Source: Mobula birostris
Lineage: Eukaryota
Assembly: GCF_030028105.1 (NCBI RefSeq)
Contig: NC_092397.1
Span: 12,167,271-12,231,270 of the forward strand
Direction of reading: 5' to 3'
Length of the DNA stretch: 64,000 nucleotides
Part shown: positions 39,240 through 51,005 of the stretch, piece by piece
Numbering within the stretch: the stretch's first letter is position 1
Layout: every line of letters starts with the position of its first letter
Translations under genes and position numbers: made by a program
The notes under the pieces: generated by a model
Told to the model about the DNA's origin: nothing
Seen by the model: only the letters and a program-made list of their open reading frames with translations
The model's database searches: none

Positions 39240-39848
39240 GTCTACAGAACACTGAGGCTGTCTACAAGAAGGGTCAGAGCTGTCTCTATTTCCTGAGGAG
39301 ACTGAGGTCCTTTAACATCTGCTGGACGATGCTGAGGATGTTCTACGGGTCTGTGGTGGCCAGTGCTATCATGTTTGCTGTTGTGTGCTGGGGCAGCAGG
39401 CTGAGGGCAGCAGACACCAACAGAATCAACAAACTCATTCGTAAGGCCAGTGATGTTGTGGGGGTGGAACTGGACTCTCTGACGGTGGTATCTGAAAAGA
39501 GGACGCTGTCCAAGTTATATGCCATCTTAGTCAATGTCTCCCATCCACTACATAATGTACTGGGTGGGCACAGGAGTACATTTAGCCAGAGACTCATTCC
39601 ACCGAGATGCAGCACAGAGCGTCATAGGAAGTCATTCCCGCCTGTGACCATCAAACTTTACAACTCCTTCCTTGGAGGGTCTGACACCCTGAGCCAATAG
39701 GCTGGTCCTAGACATATTTCATTATTTCCTGGCATAATTTACATATTACTATTTAACTATTTATGGTTCTATTACTATTTATTACTTATGGCGCAACTGT
39801 AACGAAAACCAATTTCCCCCCGGGATCAATAAAGTATGACTATGACTG
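39240..39848 (+). mobile_element. Rex1/Babar-like LINE 3' fragment
   Basis: MFYGSVVASAIMFAVVCWG ORF, AATAAAG plus (TATGAC)n tail. Confidence 0.75.
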
Positions 39849-39924
39849 TGCTGCCTGACTTACTGCATTTTGTGTGTGTGTGTCGCTCAGAGTGACTCTT
39901 TATGCCCTGCCCTGTACTGTTGAC

Positions 39925-40190
39925 ACGGCCACCATCGTCATGGAGATGGATTGGGGACGTGATGAGAGGAGAGGCCAACATCATCGAGACAGCAGTTGAC
40001 TGGACCCCCGAGGGATTGAGGAGAGGTGGGAGACCAAGGACAACCTGGTTCTGTACCGTAGAGGCAGAAGTGAGGACCCCGAACCACACCTGGGGCACCA
40101 TAGGGAAGATAGCCGAGAACAGGCAGAGACAGGGGACCTTCATCGCTGCCCTAAATGCTCAAGCAGCATAACAGGGTGAGGAAAATGGAC
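39925..40190 (+). mobile_element. RTE-X-like fragment
   Basis: WRWIGDVMR..WTPEG.RRGGRPRTTW. Confidence 0.6.
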
Positions 40191-40695
40191 TGTATTGCTG
40201 TCACCAACTCCAGCAGATTTCTGCAGATGCACCGAGGAGAGCATTTTCCAACTCCGGTACTGCACAGGACTGGGAAAGAGTTGCAGAGGGTTGTGAAAAC
40301 TCAAGACAGCTCCATGAGGACACCCTCAAAGAGCAATGCCTCAAAAAGAGGCTTCATCCTGCTTTGAGGACCCCCGCCACCCGGGACATGCCCTCGTCTC
40401 ACTGCTACCGCCAGGGGAGGGGATACAGGAGCCTCGCCGTTTCTTCAGCGTTTTGTCTGTTTTTTTTTAACGAGGCCGAGTTGCTAGCCCGACACTGCCG
40501 GCCTTGTGGTGACTTACCAGTCTACCACCTGGGGGGCACGACAGAGAAACTGGAGGAAAGTGCGCAAGGGGCCGGCCGGATTTCAGCCGGGGACCGCCTG
40601 CCCCGAAGTCCAGTGCTGATGCCACACCGCCGGCCGGCTGTACCGCCTACATAGCCTGATAATTAACTTTGAAGTTTTCTGTACCGTTAGCACCT

Positions 40696-41000
40696 GGCTG
40701 GTGGCGTAGTGGCATCAGCCGCCGGACTTCGGGATGAAAGGTCCCGAGTTCAAATCCAGCCGGCTCCCTTGCACGCTTTCCATCCGTGCTGGGTTACGAG
40801 CTGGTGATCTCACCCTGCAGTAAACCACTGCCGTAACTTCCCTCGTACGCGGTTCCCCACTACGTCAGAGAGGCGTGGAGGGAAATCGTCCACTAACTGG
40901 AGAAACTCTGAATGCGACGTACCTTTCCCTTATACCACTGGCAAATCACCCCACAGCCTCTGAGAAAACAGTTTGTCCAGCTTACCCCTGCGCTAATGAA
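40696..41000 (+). mobile_element. tRNA-derived SINE of a second family
   Basis: A box TGGCGTAGTGG and B box GAGTTCAAATCC; no complete cloverleaf. Confidence 0.5.
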
Positions 41001-41122
41001 CCAACCGAGGCTTGTGAAGCTCCAACACCCTCCCCAGCACCTCACTTTCCTCCCGCGCCAACGCAACGCCCCGCGACACTCAAAGTGCGATCCGAGCATA
41101 ATCGCACTGACGCTCCCTTTAC

Positions 41123-41207
41123 CTGGGTTGTCTTTGTCCACATCAGAGTTCAGCTCCTGGCAGGCCACACAGTAGGTCTTCTGCTTCTTGTCCTGGAGAA
41201 GGACGGT
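41123..41207 (-). CDS. znrd2: ZNRD2 coding exon 3
   Basis: TVLLQDKKQKTYCVACQELNSDVDKDNP; 85 nt, AG/GT flanked. Confidence 0.92.
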
Positions 41208-41229
41208 CTGCGGAGCGGAATGGGTAACT

Positions 41230-41925
41230 TATGAATAGAGAATAGGTGCAGGAGTAGGCCATTCAGCCCTTCGAGCCAGCACCACCATTCACTGTGATCA
41301 TGGCTGATCATCCACAATCAGTACCCTTTTCCTGCCTTCTCCCCATATCCCTTCACTCCGTTATGTTTAAGAGCTCTATCTAACTCTTTTTTGAAAGAAT
41401 CCAGAGAGTTGGCCTCCACTGCCTTCTGAGGCAGAGCATTCCACAGAACCACAACCCTCTGTGTGAAAAAGTTTTTCCTCAACTCCGTTCTAAATTGTCT
41501 ACCCCTTATTCTCAAACTGTGGCCTCTGGTTCTGGACTTCCCCAACATCGGGAACATGTTTCCTGCCTCCAGCATGTCCAATCCCTTAATAATCTTATAT
41601 GTTTCAATCAGATCCCCTCTCATCCCTCTAAATTCCAGTGTATACAACCCCAGTCGCTCCAATCTTTCAACATATGACAGTCCCGCCATCCCGGGAATTA
41701 ACCTCGTGAACCTACGCTGCACTCCCTCAATAGCTAGGATATCTTTCCTCAAATTTGGAGACCAAAACTGCACACAATATTCCAGGTGTGGTCTCACCAG
41801 GGTTTTGTACAACTGCAGAAGGACCTCTTTGCTCCTATACTCTACTCCCCTTGTTATGAAGGCCAGCATGCCATTAGCTTTCTTCACTGCCTGCTGTACC
41901 TGCACGCTTACTTTCAGTGACTGAT
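41230..41925 (-). mobile_element. CR1 3' fragment
   Basis: LVRPHLEYCVQFWSP..RGDLIETYKI..NFFTQRVV. Confidence 0.9.
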
Positions 41926-41939
41926 GTACAAGCTCATCA

Positions 41940-42570
41940 TCAAGCTTATCAGCTCCGTCCGCCAGAAAAAAGCGGGGTCTCCTGGTGGCCACCCATTTTA
42001 ATTCCACTTCCCATTCCAATATGCCAGTCCGCGGCCTCTTCCACTGCTGGGATGAGGCCACACTCAGGTTGGAGAAACAACAGCTTATATTCCATCTGGG
42101 CATGAACATCTGGGAAACAGTCATAGTCATACTTTATTGATCCCGAGGGGAAATTGATTTTTGTTACAGTTGCCCCAACCTAGAGTATAAAACACAACCA
42201 CCCCACCCCCGCCCTCTCTGACACCATTCCCCATTCTCATTTCCCTCTCTCGCCTTACCTCCATACCTCCCCTCCTACTTTTCTTTCTTCCATGGCCTTC
42301 TGTCCTCTCCTATCAGATTCCCCCTTCTCCAGCCCTGTATCACTTTTGCCAATCGACTTCCCAGCTCGGTACTTCATCCCGCTCCCCACCCTCCCGGTTT
42401 CACCTATCACCCTGTGGTTCTCTCTTCCCTACCCCACTTCCCTTTTAAATCTATTCCTCAGCCTTTCCTCTCTGGTCCTGCCGAAGGGTCTTGGCCCGAG
42501 ACGTCAACTCTTTACTCTTTTCCAGGGATGCTCCCTGGCCTGCTGAGTTCCTCCAGCATTTTGTGTGCAA
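41940..42570 (+). mobile_element. Degraded Penelope 3' end with decayed hammerhead motif (~42474-42509)
   Basis: Similar to 9960-10550; CTGCCGAAGGG..CCCGAGACGTCAAC. Confidence 0.6.
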
Positions 42571-43435
42571 TGAACGAATTACCCACCAGGTGAACCACCA
42601 GAGGAGCCATGCCAGCCCTAATGAGCCTAAGACCGAATTCCATCTCTAGAGCATTAAATACTGCAGTACCGTCCAGGCCCTTGGCCCACAATGTTGTACT
42701 GGCCGTTTAACCTACCTCAAGATTAATCTAACCCGGCCCCCCCCCCCACCCCACTAGCCAGCACTCTGTCGTTCCCTCACCCGCGTGCGGCACGGTCAGG
42801 GCAACACGGCTGCAGAGCCAGCGGCCACTCCTCGGGGTTCCCCTCTGCCGCCGCCCGGAAGGAGTTTCAACGTCCTCCCCGTGACCGCGTGGGTTTCCCG
42901 CGAGCGCTCGAGTCTCCCCTCCCACCCCCAATCCCGAACCTCATTCGAAAGGTCAGCGAGGTGAGGGCACGTGACGCGGGCGCCGGACGCGAGGCGATGC
43001 CCGCGGGCCACCCGGCATAACGCTCGCCAATGTGACTGAGCAGGAGCGCTGCATTTCGATGCACGCATCACAAATAAAGCTAATCTTACCCAATCCTAAA
43101 CGTCCCTAACATACCAGCTGTTACTGTCACCCCAGCAGTGCATCATAGGCACCCAGCACCCTGTAGAAACACTTACATCTGACAACCACCCCCCCTGCCC
43201 CCTGGCATAAGCTAATTCTGCCATGGGATTGTTCAGAGACGTTGGCATGGATGGGGGATATCTGGAGGTCTACGTACACCTCTTATCGTCTGGTATCCCC
43301 CCCACCCAATCAAGTTACCTCTCATCCTCCTTCTCTCCGAGTCACTGTTTATTCAGGGTGAGGGTCAGTCACTGTTTATTCAGAGAGATAAGCACTGTGG
43401 GTGAAGAGTACAGTCAGCAGTTGTACAGTACTCAC

Positions 43436-43587
43436 CCCGCACTCCGCACAACAGTCTGCCAGCATCCGGTAGCCCTTCAGCAGGTAGTCCCCCATCAGCT
43501 TGCTGATCTTGTCCTGGCGCTCCCGCCGAGCCTCGATCACCTTCATCTCCGCCGCCGTGGGGGGTGTCCAGGCGAACTCCTCGTCAC
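43436..43587 (-). CDS. znrd2: ZNRD2 coding exon 2
   Basis: DEEFAWTPPT..ARRERQDKISKLMGDYLLKGYRMLADCCAECG|gtgagt; 152 nt, zinc-ribbon CxxC. Confidence 0.92.
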
Positions 43588-44049
43588 CTGTGGGACACAC
43601 AGCCAGAAAGCATGTCACGGCCAGCCCCTTCCTTCACCGGTCAATCACGCCCAAGGGAACAACACACAACCCACGGGGCTGTCACTTGTGAACCACCATC
43701 TCTGGCCTCCTGTCCCACGGGGTACTCACCCCTGAACACCCTAACTCCCTGCTCGTACACCCCCACCCCACCACCCTTTCACTCTCACTTCACCCCTATA
43801 ATATGGGGCCCATATTCAAGTTCAAAGTAAATTTTATTATCAGGGTACATGTACGTCACCACAAATTGCGGGCACACTCAGGAAATCTATACAACAGGAT
43901 CAGTGAAAGATTAGCTAGAGTGCAGATGCAAATATAAAGAAATAGCAATAAATAACGAGAACATGAGGTAAAGAATCCTTAAAGTGAGGTCATTGGTTGT
44001 GGGAACATCTCAATGGATGGGCAAGTGAGTGTAGTTATGTTCGGGAGCC

Positions 44050-44405
44050 TGATGGTTGAGGGGTGGTAACTGTTCCTGAACCTGGTGATGCGAGTCCTGA
44101 GGCTCCTGTACCTCCTTCCTGATGGTTGAGGGGTAATAACTGTTCCTGAACCTGGTGATGTGAGTCCTGAGGCTCCTGTACCTCCTTCCTGATGGTTGAG
44201 GGGTAATAACTGTTCCTGAACCTGGTGGTGCGAGTCCTGAGGCTCCTGTACCTCCTTCCTGATGGTTGAGGGGTAATAACTGTTCCTGAACCTGGTGGTG
44301 TGGGACCTGAGGCTGTTGTATCTCCTTCCTGATGGTTGAGGGGTTAATAACCGTTCCTGAACCTGGTGATGCGAGTCCTGAGGCTCCTGTACCTTCTACC
44401 TGATG
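44050..44405. repeat. 70-bp tandem repeat x5 inside a LINE tail
   Basis: GATGGTTGAG recurs at 44051, 44121, 44191, 44261 and 44331. Confidence 0.95.
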
Positions 44406-44602
44406 GCAGCAGCGAGAAGAGAGCATGGCCTGGGTGGTGGGGATCTCCAATGCTGCTTCCCTAGCTCTTGCTCCGCTAAATTTCTGAAGGCAAGTCTTTC
44501 CCCATCCTTCTATTTCCCCCGTCCCCGAAATCTGGGCGCCCCCTTCACGTCCGATCCCCGACCCCCATGACCCCGGGATTCCCAAAGACGCCCAGACACT
44601 AC

Positions 44603-44618
44603 CTCCACTCATTGCCAT
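44603..44618 (-). CDS. znrd2: ZNRD2 coding exon 1 (MAMSG)
   Basis: agaATGGCAATGAGTGGAG|gtagtg; phase 1 fits exon 2. Total 606 nt, 201 aa. Confidence 0.7.
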
Positions 44619-44619
44619 T

Positions 44620-44807
44620 CTGCCTCCAGGTCGTTCCCACCCCTCAACCACGCCGGAAATGACATCACCGTCACGTAGCGCGGTGGGGGCGGAAGTGAGT
44701 GGAGGAAGCGGGGCTGCCGCCGCTTGGCTCGGCCCGCGTCTCCATGGCGACGCTGCGGCCTAGTGGTCGGGGTTAAGCGTTTCTGCCCAAGGTCTGGGCA
44801 GTGGCGG
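44620..44807. promoter_or_regulatory. Bidirectional CpG promoter for ZNRD2/SRR, with putative non-coding SRR exon 1
   Basis: ETS motifs CCGGAAAT and GCGGAAGTG, TGACATCA, GC box, plus-strand donor G|GTAAGG at 44808. Confidence 0.6.
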
Positions 44808-44969
44808 GTAAGGTTGGCGTCTCCGCCTGTGGGTTGGGGGAACCTCCTTCATACCTGGGCCGTCGTTACCCCTCACCCCCGGGCTGCTGGGTGTAGAGAG
44901 GTTTTCATGTGTTCCCGTCAGCGCTCCCTCCGTGCAAACTGATAGGGGCTGAGGGAGCGCCGTTCTAGG

Positions 44970-45125
44970 AGAGGGGCGCTGAAGAGGGAGCCTCGCGTTG
45001 CGTGAGGGGCGCTGAGGAGGGAGCCTCGCGTTGCGTGAGGGGCGCTGAGGAGGGAGCCTCGCGTTGCGTGAGGGGCGCTGAGGAGGGAGCCTCGCGTTGC
45101 GTGGGGGGGGCGCTGAGGAGGGAGC
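44970..45125. repeat. 33-bp GC-rich tandem repeat, ~4.5 units
   Basis: GAGGGGCGCTGAGGAGGGAGCCTCGCGTTGCGT units. Confidence 0.9.
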
Positions 45126-45358
45126 GCACCCCTGAGAGAGTGGTGAGGAGGAGGGAGTGCCGTATTGGAGGAGGGGTGAGGAGGAGGGAGTGCCGTATTG
45201 GAGGAGGGCTGGTGAAAGAGCGTCAAGTTGGAATGGGTTGGTGAGGAGGGAGCGCAGCCCTGAGGGAGCACCATGGTTGGGGCGGGACGGTGTTGAGGGA
45301 GCCTCACATTCTGAGGGAGCTGCACATTGTGAGAGGTTGTGAGGAGGTACCACATTGT

Positions 45359-46074
45359 ATGAATGAATGAAAGAAATTTATTTCCGTCAGTACAAACATA
45401 ACAGAAAGCATCATTTTCAACGATAATTTCACAGGACAAAATTACAACAGAAACCAGATGTTCTTTAAAACCCCGAAAGGGTGTAGACTGAAGCTACAGC
45501 TTATTATGCCTTACCCCTCTTACTGAAACAACAACATAGCTGGCGTCAATCATCACATCAAAACAAATTACATAATCCTTTAACACAAAATCCAATTCCA
45601 AGTATCATTTACATTACTCCCATTCACTTTAAATCACGTATTTTATATTTGTTCAGTAAATTATTTTTAAATTTTTTTAAACTTGTTAAGTGTGGTGCAT
45701 GTTTTTAAATTCTCACGACAAATGTTCCATAGATTCAACCCTCTGACTGAAACACAATGATTTTTTTTTACATTTGTTCTTATCCTTTGTTTTTGAAACA
45801 TACACGTTCCTCTCAAATCATGTCGGCTTTCTCTCATTTTAAACAACCTTTGGATACTTTGTGGTAGCTGTCCATTTTTTACTTTATACATAATCTGTAT
45901 TATTTTAAAATCTACAAAATCTCGTAATTTTGAGGTGTTTAGTCGAATAAATAGTGGATTGGTTGGCTCACAATAACTTGCCTTATTTACAATTCGTATG
46001 ACTGTCTTTTGGAGTAGAAATATTGAGTTTATATTTGTTTTGTATGTATTTCCCCATACCTCTGCTCAGTAAGC
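45359..46074 (-). mobile_element. AT-rich L2/Crack-like LINE 3' fragment
   Basis: MYKVKNGQLP..VSVRGLNLWN, AATAAA plus (CATT)n tail, flanking ACCACATTGT duplication. Confidence 0.65.
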
Positions 46075-46377
46075 ACCACATTGTGAGAGGGGTGCTGAGG
46101 AGGGAGCTGCACATTGTGAGAGGTTATGAGGAGGCACCACATTGTGAGAGGGGTGGTGAGGAGGGAGCACCGCCATGTTGGAGGAAAGCTGTTGAGGGAG
46201 GCTAACATTGTGAGACAGGTGGAGAGTAGGGAGCGCAGCCCTGAGGGAGGGGGGCTGCTGGAAAGCCTCGCATTGTGAGGGGGTGGCGAGGAGGAAGAGC
46301 AGTCCTAATGGAGAACCGCAGTCTCAGATGGATGAGGGGGCGTTTACAGACGGTTTACAAATAGTCCAGTGTGATTA

Positions 46378-47035
46378 GTCCATGCAGGTACAGCAGGCAG
46401 TGAAGAAAGCTAATGGCATGCTGGCCTTCATTACAAGAGGAATTGAGTATAGGAGCAAAGAGGTCCTTCTGCAGTTGTACAGGGCCCTGGTGAGACCACA
46501 CCTGGAATTTTGTGTGCAGTTTTGGTCTCCAAATTTGAGGAGAGACATTCTAGCTATTGAGGGAGTGCAGCGTAGGTTCACGAGGTTAATTCCCGGATGG
46601 CGGGACTGTCATATGTTGAAAGATTGGAGCGACTGGGGTTGTATACACCGGAATTTAGGAGGATGAGAGGGGATCTGATTGAAACATATAAGATTATTAA
46701 GGGATTGGACACGCTAGAGGCAGGTAACATGTTCCCGCTGATGGGTGAGTCCAGAACCAGAGGCCACAGTTTAAGAATAAGGGGTAGGCCATTTAGAACG
46801 GAGTTGAGGAAACACTTTTTCACACAGAGGGTCGTGGTTCTGTGGAATGCTCTGCCTCAGAAGCCAATTCTCTGGATTCTTTCAAGAAAGAGATAGAGCT
46901 CTTAAAGATAATGGAGTGAAGGGATATGGGGAGAAGGCAGGAAAAGGGTACTGATTGTGGATGATCAGCCTTGATCACAGTGAATGGTGGTGCTGGCTCG
47001 AAGGGCTGAATGACCTACTCCTGCATGTATTGTCC
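46378..47035 (+). mobile_element. CR1 3' fragment
   Basis: Near-identical inverted counterpart of 41230-41910. Confidence 0.9.
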
Positions 47036-47329
47036 ATCGTCTTCAAAGAAAAGCAGTTGTTCTGACTGGAGCCAAATGTTAAGCTGTTAGCCACCGTTAC
47101 GGGAATGGATGAGGTCATTCAGTACCACCATGTCTGTGTTTGGCGGGGTCTTGGGCAAGGTTTAGTCGGTGCAGTTTGTGGATTGAGACTCTGTGGTTCA
47201 TGTTTCTGCTCACTCCCGCACTGCTATTTTGTGCCATTTTGATGGGGGTGGACTGGCACTGCAGCCACTAAATGGAACTAAGCCTGGACTGTTCAGTGAC
47301 TCTATGGTTTGGTGCTTAGTGCTCGCCTG

Positions 47330-48100
47330 ACTTGAGTTGACTGTATTTCTTACATCCTTCACGTACATGAGGAGTAAAAATCTTTACATTACCTCTCAGT
47401 CTAAACGTGCAACTTACAGTGATTTATAATAAATAGCATGTACAACAGGACAGACAATATAACATAGAAATACAGTTGTATCAGCATGAAATAATCAGTC
47501 TGATGGCCTGGTGGAAGAAGCTGTCCCGGAGCCTGTTGGTCCTGGCTTTTATGCTGCGGTACCGTTTCCCGGATGGTAGCAGCTGGAACAGTTTGTGGTT
47601 GGAGTGACTCAGGTCCCCAATGATCCTTCGGGCCCTTTTTACACACCTGTCTTTGTAAATGTCCTGAATAGTGGGAAGTTCACATCTACAGATGTGCTGG
47701 GCTGTCCACACCACTCTCTGCAGAGTCCTGCGATTGAGGGAAGTACAGTTCCCAAACCAGGCAGTGATGCAGCCAGTCAGGATGCTCTCAATTGTGCCCC
47801 TGTAAGAAGTTCTTAAAATTTGAGGGCCCATACCAAACTTCTTCAACCGTCTGAGGTGAAAGAGGCGCTGTTGTGCCTTTTTCACCACACAGCTGGTGTG
47901 TACAGACCACAAAAGATCCTCGGTGATGTGTATGCCGAGGAACTTAAAGCTGTTTACCCTCTCAACCTCAGAACCATTGATGTGTATAGGGGTTAGCCTG
48001 TCTCTATTCCTCCTGTAATCCACAACCAGCTCCTTTGTTTTTGCAACATTGAGGGAGAGTTTGTTTTTTGACGCACTGTGTCAGGGTGATGACTTCTTCT
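47330..48100 (-). mobile_element. Rex1/Babar-like LINE fragment (DUF1891-like region)
   Basis: FKFLGIHIT..KKAQQRLFHLRRL..IESILTGCITAW..LLPSGKRYRS. Confidence 0.85.
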
Positions 48101-48689
48101 CTGGAAGGAGAATGTGGAAGCAATCCACACGGGGAGAAAGTAAACTTCCAGACAGAGCGGGAATTGGGCTGAAGTGCCTTTTTCTATGTTGTGTGGGTCA
48201 ACGTCTGGAGGGCTGACGCCTTACTTTGTGATCTGTAATTCTAGACATCCCAGCTAGGGGGCAGCATGATGCCGATCAAGCCCCATGAGAACTTTTAAAT
48301 TTTACCTTTTGAAGGTTGGAGTCCAGTTCAGTATTCTCCACGGTCGAAGGCCAGTGATCCTGGAGGAAGTAGATCGGGTCAGTGGGCCCAGAGTTCTCTG
48401 CGGTCGAAGGCCAGTGATCCTTGAGGAAGGAGGTTGGGTCTGTGGGCCCCGAGGAGCCTGTGATCCTCAGTGGGGAGGGGGGCTAGGAAGGGGCTTGTTT
48501 TGCTGTTGTTGTCTGCCTTCCCGTACATTAGCTGCGTGTTGTTCCGCTGAACACTGTGCGCAGGTGTGGCAACGCTCGCAGGACATCCTTAGGGGTAGCT
48601 TGACATTTGGGCGAACAGCATAAAACAGGCTGGTATGCTGGAACATGGTGACATTAAGAAAGAGGATGCGCTCTATTCATGAAGGTGAG

Positions 48690-48790
48690 AGGATTTTAGA
48701 GAGGTATTTGGTGAAAGGATTTTAGAGAGGTATTTGGTGAAAGGATTTTAGAGAGGTATTTGGTGAAAGGATTTTAGAGAGGTATTTGGT
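48690..48790. repeat. 26-bp perfect tandem repeat x~4
   Basis: AGGATTTTAGAGAGGTATTTGGTGAA units. Confidence 0.9.
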
Positions 48791-49096
48791 AAGATTTCCC
48801 ATGTCAGGCTCATTCAGAAAGTCGGGAAGGATGTATTCTAGGAGAACTTGGCTGTCCAGATTAAGAATTGACTTGCCCATAGAAAGCAGAGGGTGGTTGT
48901 AGATGAAGCCCTAATGCAAATGACGCATTTCACTATATGTTTGATATAGGTTCAAAGTACATTTATTATCTATGTACACCCTGAAATTGTCCAGCAGACA
49001 GCCACAAAATAAACACAGTGGAACCTGTTCAAAAGAAACCCCAAACACCCGAAGTGCAAGAGAAAAGAGCAAATCGCACAAATGGCAATAAATAGG

Positions 49097-49497
49097 AACT
49101 GAACCTCCCTCAGTCGCAGGACTCTGCAGAGAGTGGTGCAGACAGCCCAGCGCATCTGTGGATGTGAACTTCCCACTATTCCAGACATTGACAGAGACAG
49201 GTGTGTAAAAAGGGCCCGAAGGATCATTGGGGACCCGTCACCCCAACCACAAACTGTTCCAGCTGCTACCATCCGGAAAGCGGTACCGCAGCATAAAAGC
49301 CAGGGCCAGCAGGCTCTGGGACAGCTTCTTCCACCAGACCATCAGACTGATTAATTCAGGCTGATACAGTTGTATTTCTAAGCTATATTGACTGTCCTGT
49401 TGTACATACTACCAATTACTCATTTAGACGGAGACGTAACGTAAAGATTTTTACTCATGTATGTGAAGGATGTAGGAAATAAAGTCAGTTCAATTCA
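49097..49497 (+). mobile_element. Rex1/Babar-like 3' fragment
   Basis: Inverted near-copy of 47330-47745. Confidence 0.8.
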
Positions 49498-49659
49498 AAG
49501 GGGTACAGTTCGGTAGTTAATTGCTCACATGAGTAAATTAGGCAGTGCGGGCTCACTGGGTCTATCACGGTGCTGTATCTAAATAAAATTTAAAAGTTTT
49601 AAAAGAACGGCAAATTTTGCATCCTATAATTCAGTAATAATACTTGTTGGGCACAACAG

Positions 49660-49925
49660 TCACGTAGCAGTTAGCGGGACGCTATTACAGCTCGGGCATT
49701 GGAGCTCGGAGTTCAATTCTGACGTTGTTTGTGGGCAGTTTGTACGTCCTCCCCGTGACTGCGTGGGTTCCCTCCAGTTTACTCCCACAGTCCAAAGGCG
49801 TACCGGTCGGAAGGTTAACTAGTCGTTGTAAATTGTCCCGTGATTAGGCTGGGGTTAAATTGGCAGGTTGCTGGGTGGTGCGGCTTGAGGGACCGGAAGG
49901 GCCTGTGTGTGCCCTGTCGCTAAAT
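49660..49925 (+). mobile_element. tRNA-derived SINE (HE1-like)
   Basis: B box GAGTTCAATTC and core CCCACAGTCCAAAG, as at 10561-10825. Confidence 0.65.
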
Positions 49926-50837
49926 AACTAACTGAGTAAAGAGACCAAGATGCTCATTCAAGCTCACTTGCCCAGCTTTGCCCCATATACATCTAAACCA
50001 GGGGTCCATGGGCCCCTCAGTGAATGGCAGGGGTCCACGGTGTAAAAGGAAGGTTGGGAACCCCTACAACCTTTCCTAGCCATGTCCCTTCCTCTAGCTG
50101 CTGGTTTCACCGAAGTGACAGCCTCTGTGTGAAGAATTTGCCACTCAGGCCCGTTTCACATCTCTTCCCCCCAATACCTCAAACCTATGCCCTGTCCCTG
50201 GGGAAAAGACTACACACATTCACCCTGGGTAGGCCCTTTATTTAATACACTTCCCTCCGGTCACCTCTCAGTCTTAACTGTGTAGCAGATGGTCTAATGC
50301 TATCACAGCACCAGCGACCCCGGGTCAGTTTTACCAGGGTCGTGACCGAGCGGGTTTGCTCCGGGTGCTCTGGTCTCATCCCACGTTCCAGAAGGTCACG
50401 TGGACGTAATTGGGCAGTGAGGGGTCATTGGGCCAGAGGGGCCTGTGGCCGAGCTGTATCTCCAAATTGAAAAGAAATAGCCCAGCCTCTGCCTATAACT
50501 CAGGCTCTTGATTCTTGAAAACGTTCTCATTTGTTGATGAGAGGCATTGATGGTGTGATAGCCAGAGGCTTTTTCCCAGGGCTGAAATGGCTAACATCAG
50601 GGGGCACAGTTTTAAGGTGCTTGGAAGTAGGTACAAGGGCCCAGTTCTGCTCCTGTGTTTTAGTCTTATGGTCTGTTTTCAAAGCAGAAACAAACAGACT
50701 TTTGAATACTAATGAACGTGCAAGAAAGCAGTGCAGAGTAGACTCTACCTTATGGACGGGCAGGGTGAGTACAAAGCGGCCAAGTGGCCTACCCCCTGAT
50801 TCACAATGTCTTTTCGCTTCCTGTCGTTCCAGGCAGG

Positions 50838-51005
50838 ATGCTCCCTCAGTACTGCGTCTCGCTGGCCAGCGTGCAGAAGGCTCAGGCCACCATCGATGGC
50901 TTGGTCCACCGAACCCCTGTCCTCACCAACTCCACCCTGGACCGTCGGGCGGAGCGGCGGGTCTTCCTCAAGTGCGAGCTTTTCCAGAAAACGGGATCGT
51001 TCAAG
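50838..51005 (+). CDS. srr: Serine racemase, first coding exon
   Basis: MLPQYCVSLASVQKA..HRTPVLT..FLKCELFQKTGSFK|gtagg; 168 nt, PLP lysine is residue 56. Confidence 0.93.

Noticed and set aside
40696-40770. tRNA gene
   Set aside because: A and B boxes are present, but there is no proper acceptor stem, anticodon arm or poly-T terminator; it is a SINE head.
44010-45439. Long repetitive ORFs around the promoter
   Set aside because: They arise from the 70-bp and 33-bp tandem repeats.
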